Source of the DNA: Chlamydiia bacterium
GTDB lineage: Bacteria; Chlamydiota; Chlamydiia; Chlamydiales; 2-12-FULL-49-11
Direction of reading: 5' to 3'
Assembly: GCA_044359535.1 (NCBI GenBank)
Contig: JBIKLZ010000003.1
Span: 32,215-96,214, forward strand
Length of the DNA stretch: 64,000 nt
Shown: positions 47,761 to 58,152 of the stretch, in pieces
Position numbering within the stretch: the first letter of the stretch is position 1
Layout: every line of letters starts with the position of its first letter
Program-made: the position numbers and the translations under genes
The notes under the pieces: generated by a model
The model's input: the letters and a program-made list of their open reading frames with translations, nothing else
What the model was told of the DNA's origin: nothing
Database searches by the model: none

Positions 47761-50196
47761 ATGGGTATAAAAAGGGTAATAATAGGATGGATCTGTTTTT
47801 CAACAGCAGTGTTTGCTGCTGAGTATACCTTAAAAACCCCTTTAAAAGAACGAGTCATCGACTGGAAAGCAACGGTTATCAAAAGACATCAAAATGGTCA
47901 TGATGAAGAGGTCTTATTTACACAAAAAATAGATGGAAAGGATGTTGCAGTGAAACGCTATCTATTTTCCAATACTGGGGTTGTCGTCCTTGAAGAGGAT
48001 CTAACCACTGTTGAGGAAAATGGGGTTACAAAGATTGTTCCGGACGGCCCTTCGATAACATTTTATGCCCCGTCATCGGTTGAAAGTGTTAAAGAGTATA
48101 ATAAAGGGGTTCAAGATGGACTGTTTATTAAGTACACTAAAGAGGGTGTTGAAGAGATTGTAGCTCACTACAAAAATGGCCTTTTATCAGGCTCCTATGT
48201 CGAGTATGCCGGAAAGAATCTAAAAAAGCAGGAAGGATTTTTCATAGACGGTAAGCTTGAGGGTGAAGTATGGAGGTACCACCCATCAGGGAAAAGGGCG
48301 CAAAAAGGGTCCTATGTAAATGGATTGCTTGAAGGGATTTCTATCAGTTGGTATGAATCAGGGGTTATTGAATCCTATAGTTTTTATAGCGGGGGGCTTT
48401 TAAATGATACTGATACAAAAGCGGCCCTTATTTTTTACTCAGAAGATGGGGTTGTCAAAGCGACCAAGCGCTATAAAAAGGGTCTAAAACATGGAGATCA
48501 CCTTACTTTTTTTTCAAATGGAGCTAAAAAAAGCTACGAGACCTACATCGATGATAAGCTTCATGGAAAGAGTGTGGAGTATGAAGAAAGTGGAAAAATA
48601 GTAGCAAGCGGCGAATTTTGTCATGGGGTTGCTATATTTGAACACATCCGCAAAAGCAGTAATGGGAAAATTTTATACATAGCCAACTATGATCAAGAAG
48701 GAAAGTTGTTAGAAGACATCAAAGAATTTAATGAAGAAGGGCTTTTAATAGCTAAATACTTTAAGGAAAATGAACAGTTCGAAAAGGAGTTTATCACTTA
48801 CTATGATAATGGAAAGATCAAGCAATCGCTTCATTTTAAGGGGGGGAAACTTCATGGAAAGGCCGAAGAATTTTTTGAAAGTGGAGAGTATAAGTATAGA
48901 GGGCACTATGTTGAAGGGACTCATATAGGGGAGCATTCCACATGGTATGAAAATGGCCAATTAGTTCGAAAAGAAGTTTATATAGATGGAAAACTTGAGG
49001 GTGACCTTAAGGTCTATTTTGAAGATGGGATCCTTGCAACCTCTGCATTTTATAAAAATGGAGAGCTTCATGGAAAGTACCTATCCCATACCCCACAAGG
49101 AGACCTTGTTTTTGAGGCAAACTATTGTGAGGGAAAATTAGATGGAAAGGTGATCAAATATTTTGATAAGGGAAAAATTTCAGATACTCAAGAGTATAAA
49201 AATGGTCTTTTACATGGAACATCAACCCATTATGCTACCGATGAAGGGATTACAGCGATAGAAAATTATAAGGATGGGAAACTAGATGGAGAGGCCATAG
49301 GTTACTATCAAAGTGGAAATATGTCCTATCAAAATAGCTACAAAGAGGGTCTTTTAGTGGGGGCTCAATACAAGTATTTTGATGAAAAACAAAAAAGGGT
49401 TGCAGTGTGTGAAAACTACAATAGTGAGGGAAAAAGAGATGGAGAGCAAAAGGCATTTTTTCACAATGGCGCTATTTGCCACAGATGTACCTATCAAAAT
49501 GATAGGCTTCATGGGTTAAAAGAGATCTATAATGAAGAGGGGGAGGTCCTTGAAAGGGCTTATTATGATCAAGGAGATCTAGATGGTCCCCATTATTCAA
49601 AAGATAAGAATGGATCTATTTCAGAGGGAACCTTTAATAAAGGGATGCGCGAAGGGATCCTAAAAGTATTTTATCCCCTCCACCCAAAATATGGACTTGT
49701 CCAATTTATTGAGGGGTATAATGTAGCTGGAAGCCTTCACGGACCTTTAAAAAAGTTTCATATAAATGGAACTTTAGCTGAAAATTATCAATGTGAGAAA
49801 GGTTTTATTGAAGGAAAAGCTACCTACTATAATAGCGATGGGGTTTTATTAAAAGAGGCCTATTTTGAAAAAGGGCTTTTACATGGGGCAACTAAGGAGT
49901 TCTATAAAGATGGAAAACTTCAAAGGGTGATGCATTATGCTCAAGGAAAACCAACGGGAGAGGAAATTGCCTATTTTCATGATGGGTCGATCAAGCATAC
50001 TAAAAACTATAAAGAGGGCCTGTTACATGGGGAATGCAAAAATTTTAATGAAAATGGGATTTTGATATTTGAAGCCGAATATAAAAAAGGGTTGAAGCAT
50101 GGGATCTTTAATAAGTATTTTGATGATGGAAGAAAAAAACTTTTTCAAAGATATGAAGAGGATAATCGAATAGAAAAGCAAAGTTTTCCAAAGTAA
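47761..50196 (+). CDS. Large exported MORN2/YwqK-repeat protein
   Basis: Signal peptide followed by many ~24 aa YxxGxLxG...YYxxG repeats. Confidence 0.85.
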   Translation: MGIKRVIIGWICFSTAVFAAEYTLKTPLKERVIDWKATVIKRHQNGHDEEVLFTQKIDGKDVAVKRYLFSNTGVVVLEEDLTTVEENGVTKIVPDGPSITFYAPSSVESVKEYNKGVQDGLFIKYTKEGVEEIVAHYKNGLLSGSYVEYAGKNLKKQEGFFIDGKLEGEVWRYHPSGKRAQKGSYVNGLLEGISISWYESGVIESYSFYSGGLLNDTDTKAALIFYSEDGVVKATKRYKKGLKHGDHLTFFSNGAKKSYETYIDDKLHGKSVEYEESGKIVASGEFCHGVAIFEHIRKSSNGKILYIANYDQEGKLLEDIKEFNEEGLLIAKYFKENEQFEKEFITYYDNGKIKQSLHFKGGKLHGKAEEFFESGEYKYRGHYVEGTHIGEHSTWYENGQLVRKEVYIDGKLEGDLKVYFEDGILATSAFYKNGELHGKYLSHTPQGDLVFEANYCEGKLDGKVIKYFDKGKISDTQEYKNGLLHGTSTHYATDEGITAIENYKDGKLDGEAIGYYQSGNMSYQNSYKEGLLVGAQYKYFDEKQKRVAVCENYNSEGKRDGEQKAFFHNGAICHRCTYQNDRLHGLKEIYNEEGEVLERAYYDQGDLDGPHYSKDKNGSISEGTFNKGMREGILKVFYPLHPKYGLVQFIEGYNVAGSLHGPLKKFHINGTLAENYQCEKGFIEGKATYYNSDGVLLKEAYFEKGLLHGATKEFYKDGKLQRVMHYAQGKPTGEEIAYFHDGSIKHTKNYKEGLLHGECKNFNENGILIFEAEYKKGLKHGIFNKYFDDGRKKLFQRYEEDNRIEKQSFPK

Positions 50197-50282
50197 CCTC
50201 TAACGAGCTTCACTTCCCACATCTTTACTTTCTAAAAAAGAGCTGGATATAAATACTGGTCTTTGTAATAATAGTATTCATT

Positions 50283-50888
50283 ATGAAAGTAGATAGAATA
50301 CATTCATCCGATTTAGACCCATTTAGACCCTATATCGAATCAATTGAAAAACCTTTAGAAATCAGTACTGCTGATCAAGTGATTCAAAGGGTGTGGTATT
50401 ATTCCAAAAATGGGATTGTCTCTTTTAAATCCATAGAGATTCTTAATCAGGTTATAGGTTTTGGTGAAAATCCAATGGAACCTGTTCTAAAGACATTTTA
50501 TGCGAAACAATTCCCTGAAGACAAACAAAAATTGGGTCTAATTGTCGATATTGCAAAAAAAACCCTTGCTATGTTGTACTATTATGGGGCAAAATTTGAT
50601 GATGATTCAGTTCTTTTAGAAAAAAACCCAAAAAAAGCATTTAAATTATTTGAATCTTTAACTATTTCAACTCCACGGGATACAGAAGTTACAGCATTTT
50701 GTTGCTTGATGTATATGAATGGGTATGGGGTAGAACAGAATTTTAATACGGCTTTAACGTTGCTCCAAAAAATTAACAATACAAATGACTATGGCTTTTA
50801 TGGGAACCTTTTAAGGCAAGCAAAAGAGGGTGAAGAAAATGCACAACTCCTTCTAAAGCATTACCAAAACAGTTTTCAATCCACATAA
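50283..50888 (+). CDS. Sel1-repeat protein
   Basis: LAMLYYYG...KNPKKAFKLF and LMYMNGYGVEQNFNTA. Confidence 0.7.
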   Translation: MKVDRIHSSDLDPFRPYIESIEKPLEISTADQVIQRVWYYSKNGIVSFKSIEILNQVIGFGENPMEPVLKTFYAKQFPEDKQKLGLIVDIAKKTLAMLYYYGAKFDDDSVLLEKNPKKAFKLFESLTISTPRDTEVTAFCCLMYMNGYGVEQNFNTALTLLQKINNTNDYGFYGNLLRQAKEGEENAQLLLKHYQNSFQST

Positions 50889-51301
50889 AATGAATAGAGG
50901 CAATCATTTTCGATCACCCATTGCTTAAGGTTTTTTTCTGAGGGGAGGGTTGTTGGGGTGATCTTAATAGCATAAATTCCATTTTCTTCAAATATTAGCC
51001 CTGTATAAAATGAAGAAGGGATCTTTTTAATGTTTAACCCAGTTGTGTTTCCACCGAGAGTTGTTTTTATATAGTCTCCTTCCTGAGAGATAAGGAGCAT
51101 GAGATGATTCTCTTTAAGGCTATTTTCATGGGTAAGGGTTAAAAGACTTTCATAAAATGCTGCCTTTCCATGTCTTTTTCGAAACTCTTTAAGGGTATCG
51201 TAACCAAAAAAGGAAAAAATCGAGGTAAGAGTAAGAAGTAGGGCTAGACAAACAGATAGTTCAATAAGAGTAAATGAGTGTTTACGATGTTTCTTGATCA
51301 T
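50876..51301 (-). CDS. Minor pseudopilin (prepilin-type N-terminus)
   Basis: MIKKHRKHS|FTLIELSVCLALL; start ATG 51301. Confidence 0.75.
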   Translation of the reverse strand: MIKKHRKHSFTLIELSVCLALLLTLTSIFSFFGYDTLKEFRKRHGKAAFYESLLTLTHENSLKENHLMLLISQEGDYIKTTLGGNTTGLNIKKIPSSFYTGLIFEENGIYAIKITPTTLPSEKNLKQWVIENDCLYSFYVD

Positions 51302-51731
51302 CGAGTACAATAGTTGTGTTGTAGGCCCATGGATAGGTTTCTTCAATTTCTTCGGCACTCATCCCTTTTTCTTTAGTCAGGTATTCAACCCATTTTTTAG
51401 AGAAAAGGATAAAATCGTTATCCCCCACCGGAAGGATATGAAAGTCTTCTCCCCAACCATCTTTTAAAAGCTTTTTAGTGGACTTTACCAATCCAGAATC
51501 CATCAATACTTTACTTGGATCTTTTAAAACCTCTTCAATAGAAGAGCCTCCAGCAAGCTCAAGGGATAAAATATCATAGACCTCTCTTGAGGCTGTTTCT
51601 GTTTTAAAGGCGCGCCCTTTAATAAGGCTTCCTTTCATGTTATGAGTCATTACCCCTCCAACGATAGAGATGATAAATATCACAATCATTATTTCAATAA
51701 TTGTTAAGGGATTTCTTCTTTTTATTTTCAT
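51282..51731 (-). CDS. gspG: Major pseudopilin, GspG-like
   Basis: KRRNP|LTIIEIMIVIFII and KDGWGEDF (DPWG-like); start ATG 51731. Confidence 0.75.
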   Translation of the reverse strand: MKIKRRNPLTIIEIMIVIFIISIVGGVMTHNMKGSLIKGRAFKTETASREVYDILSLELAGGSSIEEVLKDPSKVLMDSGLVKSTKKLLKDGWGEDFHILPVGDNDFILFSKKWVEYLTKEKGMSAEEIEETYPWAYNTTIVLDDQETS

Positions 51732-51738
51732 ATAGATC

Positions 51739-52917
51739 CTAGAGTAAACTTGAAACATCTGTTAAAGGGATTAAAACAGCAAGGAGAACAACCCCTACAA
51801 TCAAACCAATCAGTAACAGGAGAATAGGTTGCAATAAAGCGGTAAATTTTTCAAGTGCTGTTTGTACTTCTTCATGAAAAAGGGATGTAATATGTCTTAA
51901 AATTGGGGCAAGAGCCCCTGCATGCTCCCCTGTGGAGATCATTTTTGATACTAGGAGAGGAAAATGGGTTGAAACTTGAAGGGCTTTGGAAAAAAGTTCC
52001 CCTTCCCTTACTAAGACAAGGACTTTATCGATATCCTTTTCAAGATAGGGGTGGTTTAAAGACCCTTTTGATAATTCTAAGGCTGTAAGAATAGGGACTG
52101 TGTTGTCTAATAAGTTATAAAGGCTTGTTGTAAATCTAACAATTGCTATTTTAGTTGTAAGATCTTTAATTATCCTTATCTTATAAAAAAATTTTTTTAT
52201 TGAATTTCTACTTTGTTTGTTCTTTATAGAGAGAAAAACTCCAAGGGCACTTAAGAGAAATGTACCTAATAGTTCAGGAATATGGGAGGTCATAAAATGA
52301 CTGATAGTAAGGACTGCATGGGTAAGGGGGTGAAGAGTTCTCCCTTCAAAAAGCTCTCCCATTGAGGGGATGATAAAAAGAAACAACCCAAATAGGATGA
52401 AAAAGGCAAATGAAAGGAGGAAGGATGGATACAAAAGGGTATCTCTAATTTTTTTATTCCATTTTTCATTTGTTTCAATCATTGTGGAAATTTCAAAAAA
52501 CGCTTTATCTAAGCGACCGCTTTGTTCCGCTGATTTGATCATCGAAACGTAGATGGGATTAAAGGTCGAAGTATATTGAGAGATAATAGAAGAAAGAGCC
52601 TTTCCATATTTTACATTATCGGAAAAATCCAAGATCATTGGGTAGGCTTTTGTGTTTTTGTACTTATCTTCAAGGGTTATAAGGCTTTCATATAAAGGAA
52701 GATTTGAATGTAAAAGGTAATAAAGATCCTTTGTGATAGATAAAACAATTTTTGCATTGAGGGTGAACTGTTTTCTAAAGGAAGTGTGTTCAGAGATATT
52801 TGTAGCAAGAAGTTTTAAAGCATTGAGTTTTTTTTTCGCCTGTTCAAGGTTTTCTGCATCGATAAAGCGGTACCCTTTTCTTTTAAAATTCAGTTCTTTA
52901 TAGCGGAAAATGGCCAT
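51739..52917 (-). CDS. gspF: Type II secretion inner membrane platform protein F
   Basis: MAIFRY, AEQSGRL, LLYP, GEHAGAL, LLQPILL. Confidence 0.9.
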   Translation of the reverse strand: MAIFRYKELNFKRKGYRFIDAENLEQAKKKLNALKLLATNISEHTSFRKQFTLNAKIVLSITKDLYYLLHSNLPLYESLITLEDKYKNTKAYPMILDFSDNVKYGKALSSIISQYTSTFNPIYVSMIKSAEQSGRLDKAFFEISTMIETNEKWNKKIRDTLLYPSFLLSFAFFILFGLFLFIIPSMGELFEGRTLHPLTHAVLTISHFMTSHIPELLGTFLLSALGVFLSIKNKQSRNSIKKFFYKIRIIKDLTTKIAIVRFTTSLYNLLDNTVPILTALELSKGSLNHPYLEKDIDKVLVLVREGELFSKALQVSTHFPLLVSKMISTGEHAGALAPILRHITSLFHEEVQTALEKFTALLQPILLLLIGLIVGVVLLAVLIPLTDVSSLL

Positions 52918-54449
52918 TAATAGTCCTCAGGAAGAGAGGTGACACGTCTAATTTCATCAAGGGTTGTTATCCCTTTATCGACATAGTACAATCCATCCTC
53001 ATAAAGGGTTTTCATCCCTTCTTGCCGAGCAATTTCAGTAAGGGTCATTGCATCAACAGAGGAGGTGATTGCCTTTTTTATGGGATCAGAGATGGGAAGG
53101 TATTCATAAATACCCCTTCGATCTTTGTAGCCAGAAGAAGAACAGTGAAGGCACTGCTTTTTTAAAGAGCAATCATTAGTGCATACAAGACAAATCTTTC
53201 TTACTAAGCGTTGAGAACAAATAGAAATAAGAGATGAGGAAATAAGGTAGGGCTCAACACCCATATCAATGAGTCGGATAATTGTCGATGGGGCGTCATT
53301 TGTATGAAGGGTAGAAAAGACAAGGTGGCCTGTTAAAGAGGCTTCAATAGCAATGTCTACTGTTTCCTTATCACGAATTTCTCCAATCATAATCACATCA
53401 GGGTCCTGGCGGAGGATATGCTTTAATCCTTTAGCAAAGGTTAACCCCCTTTTATGATTGGTATTGATTTGAGCCATTCCACGAAGTTTATTTTCAACAG
53501 GGTCTTCAATGGTCATAATATTTAGATCTTTACCTGCAATTTCGGTAAGAGCACTATATAAAGTTCTTGTCTTACCACTTCCTGTTGGTCCTGTGACTAA
53601 AATAATCCCTTGACGTTTTTGAATGTCTCTACGGAGTTGATTAAGGAGCGTTTCTCTTAAATCAAGGTTATCTAAACCTAACAAAACGGTGTTGTTATCA
53701 GAAATTCTCAATACCACCCTTTCACCGAAGATGACAGGGACAGAACTTAACCTGAAATCAATTTCTCTTGAACCCATTTTTAATTTTATACGGCCATCTT
53801 GAGGCATCCTTGATTCAGCAATATCTAGTTCTGCCTGGACTTTTAAACGGGTAATCAACTGACTTTCAACTTGTTTTGGAAGGGTGTGCTTTGTAAATAA
53901 GATCCCGTCAACACGAAATTTCACTAAAAGATGGGTGTCTGTGGGCTCAAAATGAATATCAGAGGCATTTAATCGAAGGGCTTCAATCAAAAGAGTGTTT
54001 AATAAAGAGACAATAGATGAAGAGGAGGCTTCTTCTAAAAGGTCATATTCTTTATCCACTGTGGGGTGTGTGTTTTGAGGATCTTTAAAAAGGGTCTCTT
54101 GAAAGGAAGAATTTTGCTTTTCTGAGTACAACATTTCAATATGACTATCAATGATCTCTTTGGAGGCAAGAACTTCCTTTATTGGAGTCTTTAATAAAAA
54201 GCGGGCCTGCTTTAAAGTCTCTAGGGCATAAGGATTAGCAATAGCAACAAGGGTTTTTCCCTCTTCAAAACCAAGAGCTAGGAGGGTATGTTGGGATGCA
54301 AAAGTGTAGGGGAGCAAAGCCCTTTTTTCTTGGATGTAGGGATAGGGGGAAAAATCTTCAATATAGTCTAAACCGATGGTGTTTGCCCACTCTTTAGTGA
54401 AGTTGACAGAGGGGTTAGAGGGTTTGTTCATAGCTAATGCCATTTCCAT
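52917..54449 (-). CDS. gspE: Type II secretion ATPase E (GspE/PilB family)
   Basis: ASDIHFEP, PQDGR, GPTGSGKT, LRQDPD, TGHLVFSTLHTND and a Cys zinc motif. Confidence 0.94.
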   Translation of the reverse strand: MEMALAMNKPSNPSVNFTKEWANTIGLDYIEDFSPYPYIQEKRALLPYTFASQHTLLALGFEEGKTLVAIANPYALETLKQARFLLKTPIKEVLASKEIIDSHIEMLYSEKQNSSFQETLFKDPQNTHPTVDKEYDLLEEASSSSIVSLLNTLLIEALRLNASDIHFEPTDTHLLVKFRVDGILFTKHTLPKQVESQLITRLKVQAELDIAESRMPQDGRIKLKMGSREIDFRLSSVPVIFGERVVLRISDNNTVLLGLDNLDLRETLLNQLRRDIQKRQGIILVTGPTGSGKTRTLYSALTEIAGKDLNIMTIEDPVENKLRGMAQINTNHKRGLTFAKGLKHILRQDPDVIMIGEIRDKETVDIAIEASLTGHLVFSTLHTNDAPSTIIRLIDMGVEPYLISSSLISICSQRLVRKICLVCTNDCSLKKQCLHCSSSGYKDRRGIYEYLPISDPIKKAITSSVDAMTLTEIARQEGMKTLYEDGLYYVDKGITTLDEIRRVTSLPEDY

Positions 54450-56763
54450 AAATCAAATCAAGACTCTTTTTCATGCTGATTTTTTGGCCATTTTTCCTAG
54501 ACTCATTCATTTTCATTAGGATTTCTTCACAATCCCCATGGCGTTTTTTGAGCCGCTCTTCTCTTATTCTCAATAGATCTGTCGAAGGATCTTTGATTAC
54601 TTTGGGCTTAATAAAAATAAACATTTCATTATTAATATTGCTTGTCTTAGATGAACCAAAAATTTTAGCAAAGCCGGGGATTTCCCCTAGGAAAGGAATT
54701 TTATGACTGAGTTCTTCTGTTTTTGAGGATCTTAAACCCCCAATGATTACAGTTTGCCCATCTGGTATTCGAACAGTGTTGGTAATGTGTCTTTTATGAA
54801 CACTTGGTCGGTCGTTAGAGTTGGATTGAATGGTGTCAAATTGAATATTGTTTTCAAGGGTAATATACTGCTGTCCGTCTCCATCATCGCCCTCAGGTTC
54901 ATGAATTGTGGGGGTAAGGGTTAGGGTTATACCAAAATCCTCGCGTGAATAACTTTGAATAGACTCCTTTTCTTTAATGGTTGCCCCATTGTTAATGGAT
55001 ATTTGATCGGTAATCGATAGGGTTGTGGGCATCTGGTTTAAAGTGGTAGTTGATGGAGAAGCTGTCACCATAATATTTTCTTGGGAGAGAAGAAAGGTGT
55101 AACTTAAATCTATTGCTGGGATGGACTTTCCTCCACCTCCGAATAAAGCTGTTGAATAATGGGCTGTTGTTTTTAATAAAAACTCCATAATTCCGCCCCC
55201 TGATTTACTTCCATCAAATCCAAAACCACTTTCTGAACGATTTGAAGCGCTATCTCCCATTTTTAGTAGGTTTATCCCACTGCTGGAATTATTTCCCACC
55301 CTTCTTTCACAGAGCAATACTTCTATTTCAACCATTTTTTTAGGTGTATCGAGCTTTTTAAGAATTTCTTTAATTTTTGGGAGGGTATCTTTTCTGACCA
55401 CAATGAGTAAAGAGTGGGATGCGGGGAATGGGAAAAAATGATCGGAATGGACAGAGCCTTTTCCTCCTTGCTTTTGCAAGATATTGGTTTGATTTTGAGG
55501 GGTATAGCCTTGTTGCGGTGAAGGACTTGCTGGAAGTGGAGTTGGGTTTTTTGGAGGCTGAGTCATTTGTGTTGTAGAAGGAAGAGATGAATTTGCAATC
55601 TCTGTAGATTGTAATGCAAGGTAAACTTTTGAAAGAAGTTCAGCAAGACTCTCTGGACTTGCATGACTACAATTATGCCAGTACATTGTGACTTCACTTG
55701 GATCATCGACTTGACACTCTGTTTTCCTAAGCAAGGCTTCAGCTTGTTCAACAATTTCTAGTGAGCCAATAATGATGAGGCTATTTTCCCCTTTTAGAGG
55801 AAATGCTGATATCCCATTTCCCCCCTTCATAGAAGCCATAGGTCGGGAATAATCGGTTAACCCACCGAAGTAGGAGCTTAAAAGTTTTACAGCATCATCA
55901 GCAGAAATTTTTTGAGGTGAGAGGATCTTTGAGACCCTTTCTTCCCCTTTATCCCAGACATTTTCTGCAAGAGTGATCAATTTTGAAATATCTCTTTTAA
56001 GACCGACAATGGCTATTTTTGAGCCTACTTGATAGACATAGGTATTTTTAGGATTTTTGAATTTATCTAAAAAATAAAAAGAGGTCTTAATATTTTCTAT
56101 AGGGGGGGTGTAGACAAAGATGATCCGTGTGTTTTCATCAATTGCGTCAAGGTGAGATGTTAACGAGGTGATCACCTCAACATTTGTATAGTCTTCTTTT
56201 AAAAAATACAATTGCTTTGCAAACGGGTTGAGCTTTTTTATCCCTATATTGTTGTGAGTTAAGATAAGCTCGATCATCTTAGGCCAGCTTTCTTTTGGAA
56301 TCGTAAGGAGGCTATGAAGAGAAATTTTTAAAGAGGCAATTTCTGGGGGGATACTATACAAAAAATCACAACTTCCATATTCAAGGATGAGCTTTGAGAT
56401 AGAAATTTCCCCTAAATCCCAAATCCCTGAAGTTTCTGAACCCTCTTTAAATTCAGAACTTTGCTCTTCTTTCCATCCATTTTCTAGATCAGAAAGCTCT
56501 TCTCTAAGAGAAGCTATATTTTTAACATAATTTTCAAAAGCCTCTTGATTGCCATCTTCCATCATCGCTGTGGCTGCTAAAGAGTACTCATCTTCAAGTT
56601 TTTCATAGGCTTCTTTAACAAGTTTATTCCTTTCTTCTGCCGATGATTCTTTTGTAAGGCTCCCTTTTTCGATAAGCTGAGCCCTTTTTTCTTCAATGGT
56701 GTATGCAAAAGCAGCAAAGAAAAGAGGGGAAAAGGTAAGAATAGAAAAGAATGTTTTGAACAA
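54415..56763 (-). CDS. gspD: Secretin (GspD)
   Basis: LDTPKKMVEIEV, DGQTVIIGGL, KIPFLGEIPG, FIFIKPKVI. Confidence 0.92.
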   Translation of the reverse strand: MFKTFFSILTFSPLFFAAFAYTIEEKRAQLIEKGSLTKESSAEERNKLVKEAYEKLEDEYSLAATAMMEDGNQEAFENYVKNIASLREELSDLENGWKEEQSSEFKEGSETSGIWDLGEISISKLILEYGSCDFLYSIPPEIASLKISLHSLLTIPKESWPKMIELILTHNNIGIKKLNPFAKQLYFLKEDYTNVEVITSLTSHLDAIDENTRIIFVYTPPIENIKTSFYFLDKFKNPKNTYVYQVGSKIAIVGLKRDISKLITLAENVWDKGEERVSKILSPQKISADDAVKLLSSYFGGLTDYSRPMASMKGGNGISAFPLKGENSLIIIGSLEIVEQAEALLRKTECQVDDPSEVTMYWHNCSHASPESLAELLSKVYLALQSTEIANSSLPSTTQMTQPPKNPTPLPASPSPQQGYTPQNQTNILQKQGGKGSVHSDHFFPFPASHSLLIVVRKDTLPKIKEILKKLDTPKKMVEIEVLLCERRVGNNSSSGINLLKMGDSASNRSESGFGFDGSKSGGGIMEFLLKTTAHYSTALFGGGGKSIPAIDLSYTFLLSQENIMVTASPSTTTLNQMPTTLSITDQISINNGATIKEKESIQSYSREDFGITLTLTPTIHEPEGDDGDGQQYITLENNIQFDTIQSNSNDRPSVHKRHITNTVRIPDGQTVIIGGLRSSKTEELSHKIPFLGEIPGFAKIFGSSKTSNINNEMFIFIKPKVIKDPSTDLLRIREERLKKRHGDCEEILMKMNESRKNGQKISMKKSLDLIYGNGISYEQTL

Positions 56764-56783
56764 TTAGAACCTATCTGTGGACA

Positions 56784-57998
56784 TTATTTACTATACCTTA
56801 ACGGAGTGTTTTTTTTAAGGGGAATTTGCAATTTTTTAAAATTAGATCGACTCTCATCAAAAATATAGCCAATAAAAACTTCATCCTCCTCCTCCTTTTC
56901 AATGCAGTCAAACACAAGAATTTCTTTAAAAATTTTATAATCCATAAGATCATTGAACTCAGAAATCCCTTGGAGTTGAGCCCAAGAAAGGGGGTTTTTT
57001 ACAAGCCAATCATTTTCTTTAAGAATGTACGTTTTTCCTTCAGATTTGCAAATGACAGTCTCATTGTTTCTTTTGTAAAGGGAATCAAAAGCAAAGGTTT
57101 GATAAGAGGTGTTCAATGATTTTTGAAGGGGTATGTTAATTTTTTGACTGTAAAACCCATTTGAACTCCAAAATGTTCCAGAAATTTCATTATTTTTCAT
57201 TGATGAAACAATAAATAAGGGGGCATTTCTTGAGTCTTTTGGATTTTTGATCCAATTTCCACCCGAAAAACTACATTGATCCCCTTCCTTTAGAGGGAGC
57301 ATCCCTTTTTCCTTATTTAAAGGGAAAAAGAGCCTTGAAAGATCTTTAGAGGGAGAAAATTCCTTCCCTCCAAGTAGAGAAATGAGCTTATCAGGGGGGT
57401 AAAATTTTGCAGAATTAAGGGATTTAAGGGATTCTTCGGAAAATGGGTCTAGGCTACCAAAGGAGGGTTCTGATTTGGGTAAAAAAACAAGGTCACTTCT
57501 GTGATAGAGTTCGGCCCCTTCTTTATTTTTGTACAAGCACTCATATTTAAGGGTAAGTCCTGTTTCATTTACGGCGATAGGGGTGATGAAGTAGGGGGTT
57601 GTAGCCGATGTGAATTCGATGTGGTTTAAATCTTTAGAGCGAAGATAGACCCTTTCATTTAAGCTAATTTGAATTCTGTTGTCAGTTGAAGAAAGTAGGA
57701 TAGGGGGAAAACTCTCTTTGTTATCCGGTCTATTGTTGAAAGAAAGGTAGCTTAAATAGCTTGATATATCGGGACTAGGGAGGGTTGGGGGAAGGTTTTT
57801 ATCTAAAAAGGATAGACTAAAGGATTTTTTAGATAGGGTTTTGCCCCCGGTAGCTTTGTCCATCTCATAAGCAGAGGGGAGTAAAATGTCTTTAAAAAGA
57901 AATAAAAGGGGTGAAATAGAAAGTATTATAAAAAAAAGTATGCAAAAATAGCGGATCACTTTTTCCCATATTTTGAATGGTATACCAATAACAATCAT
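56784..57998 (-). CDS. Bitopic membrane protein heading the gsp operon (GspC position)
   Basis: Single N-terminal TM and a large beta-rich domain, directly upstream of gspD. Confidence 0.6.
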   Translation of the reverse strand: MIVIGIPFKIWEKVIRYFCILFFIILSISPLLFLFKDILLPSAYEMDKATGGKTLSKKSFSLSFLDKNLPPTLPSPDISSYLSYLSFNNRPDNKESFPPILLSSTDNRIQISLNERVYLRSKDLNHIEFTSATTPYFITPIAVNETGLTLKYECLYKNKEGAELYHRSDLVFLPKSEPSFGSLDPFSEESLKSLNSAKFYPPDKLISLLGGKEFSPSKDLSRLFFPLNKEKGMLPLKEGDQCSFSGGNWIKNPKDSRNAPLFIVSSMKNNEISGTFWSSNGFYSQKINIPLQKSLNTSYQTFAFDSLYKRNNETVICKSEGKTYILKENDWLVKNPLSWAQLQGISEFNDLMDYKIFKEILVFDCIEKEEEDEVFIGYIFDESRSNFKKLQIPLKKNTPLRYSK

Positions 57999-58029
57999 AA
58001 GGATCCAATTTTTACCTATTGAAGCTTGC

Positions 58030-58058
58030 AGTATAAGGTGGATTTAATTTTTTGTAAA
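58030..58058 (-). promoter_or_regulatory. sigma70/66-type promoter of the gsp operon
   Basis: TTTACA-N17-TATACT on the minus strand. Confidence 0.6.
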
Positions 58059-58152
58059 TCAATATAAACCTGAAATACAGATTGAATAAAAAATAAAAAC
58101 TAATTAAACGGTAATATAAAGGGTTAAATATTTAGGGAAATAAGGGAATGTT

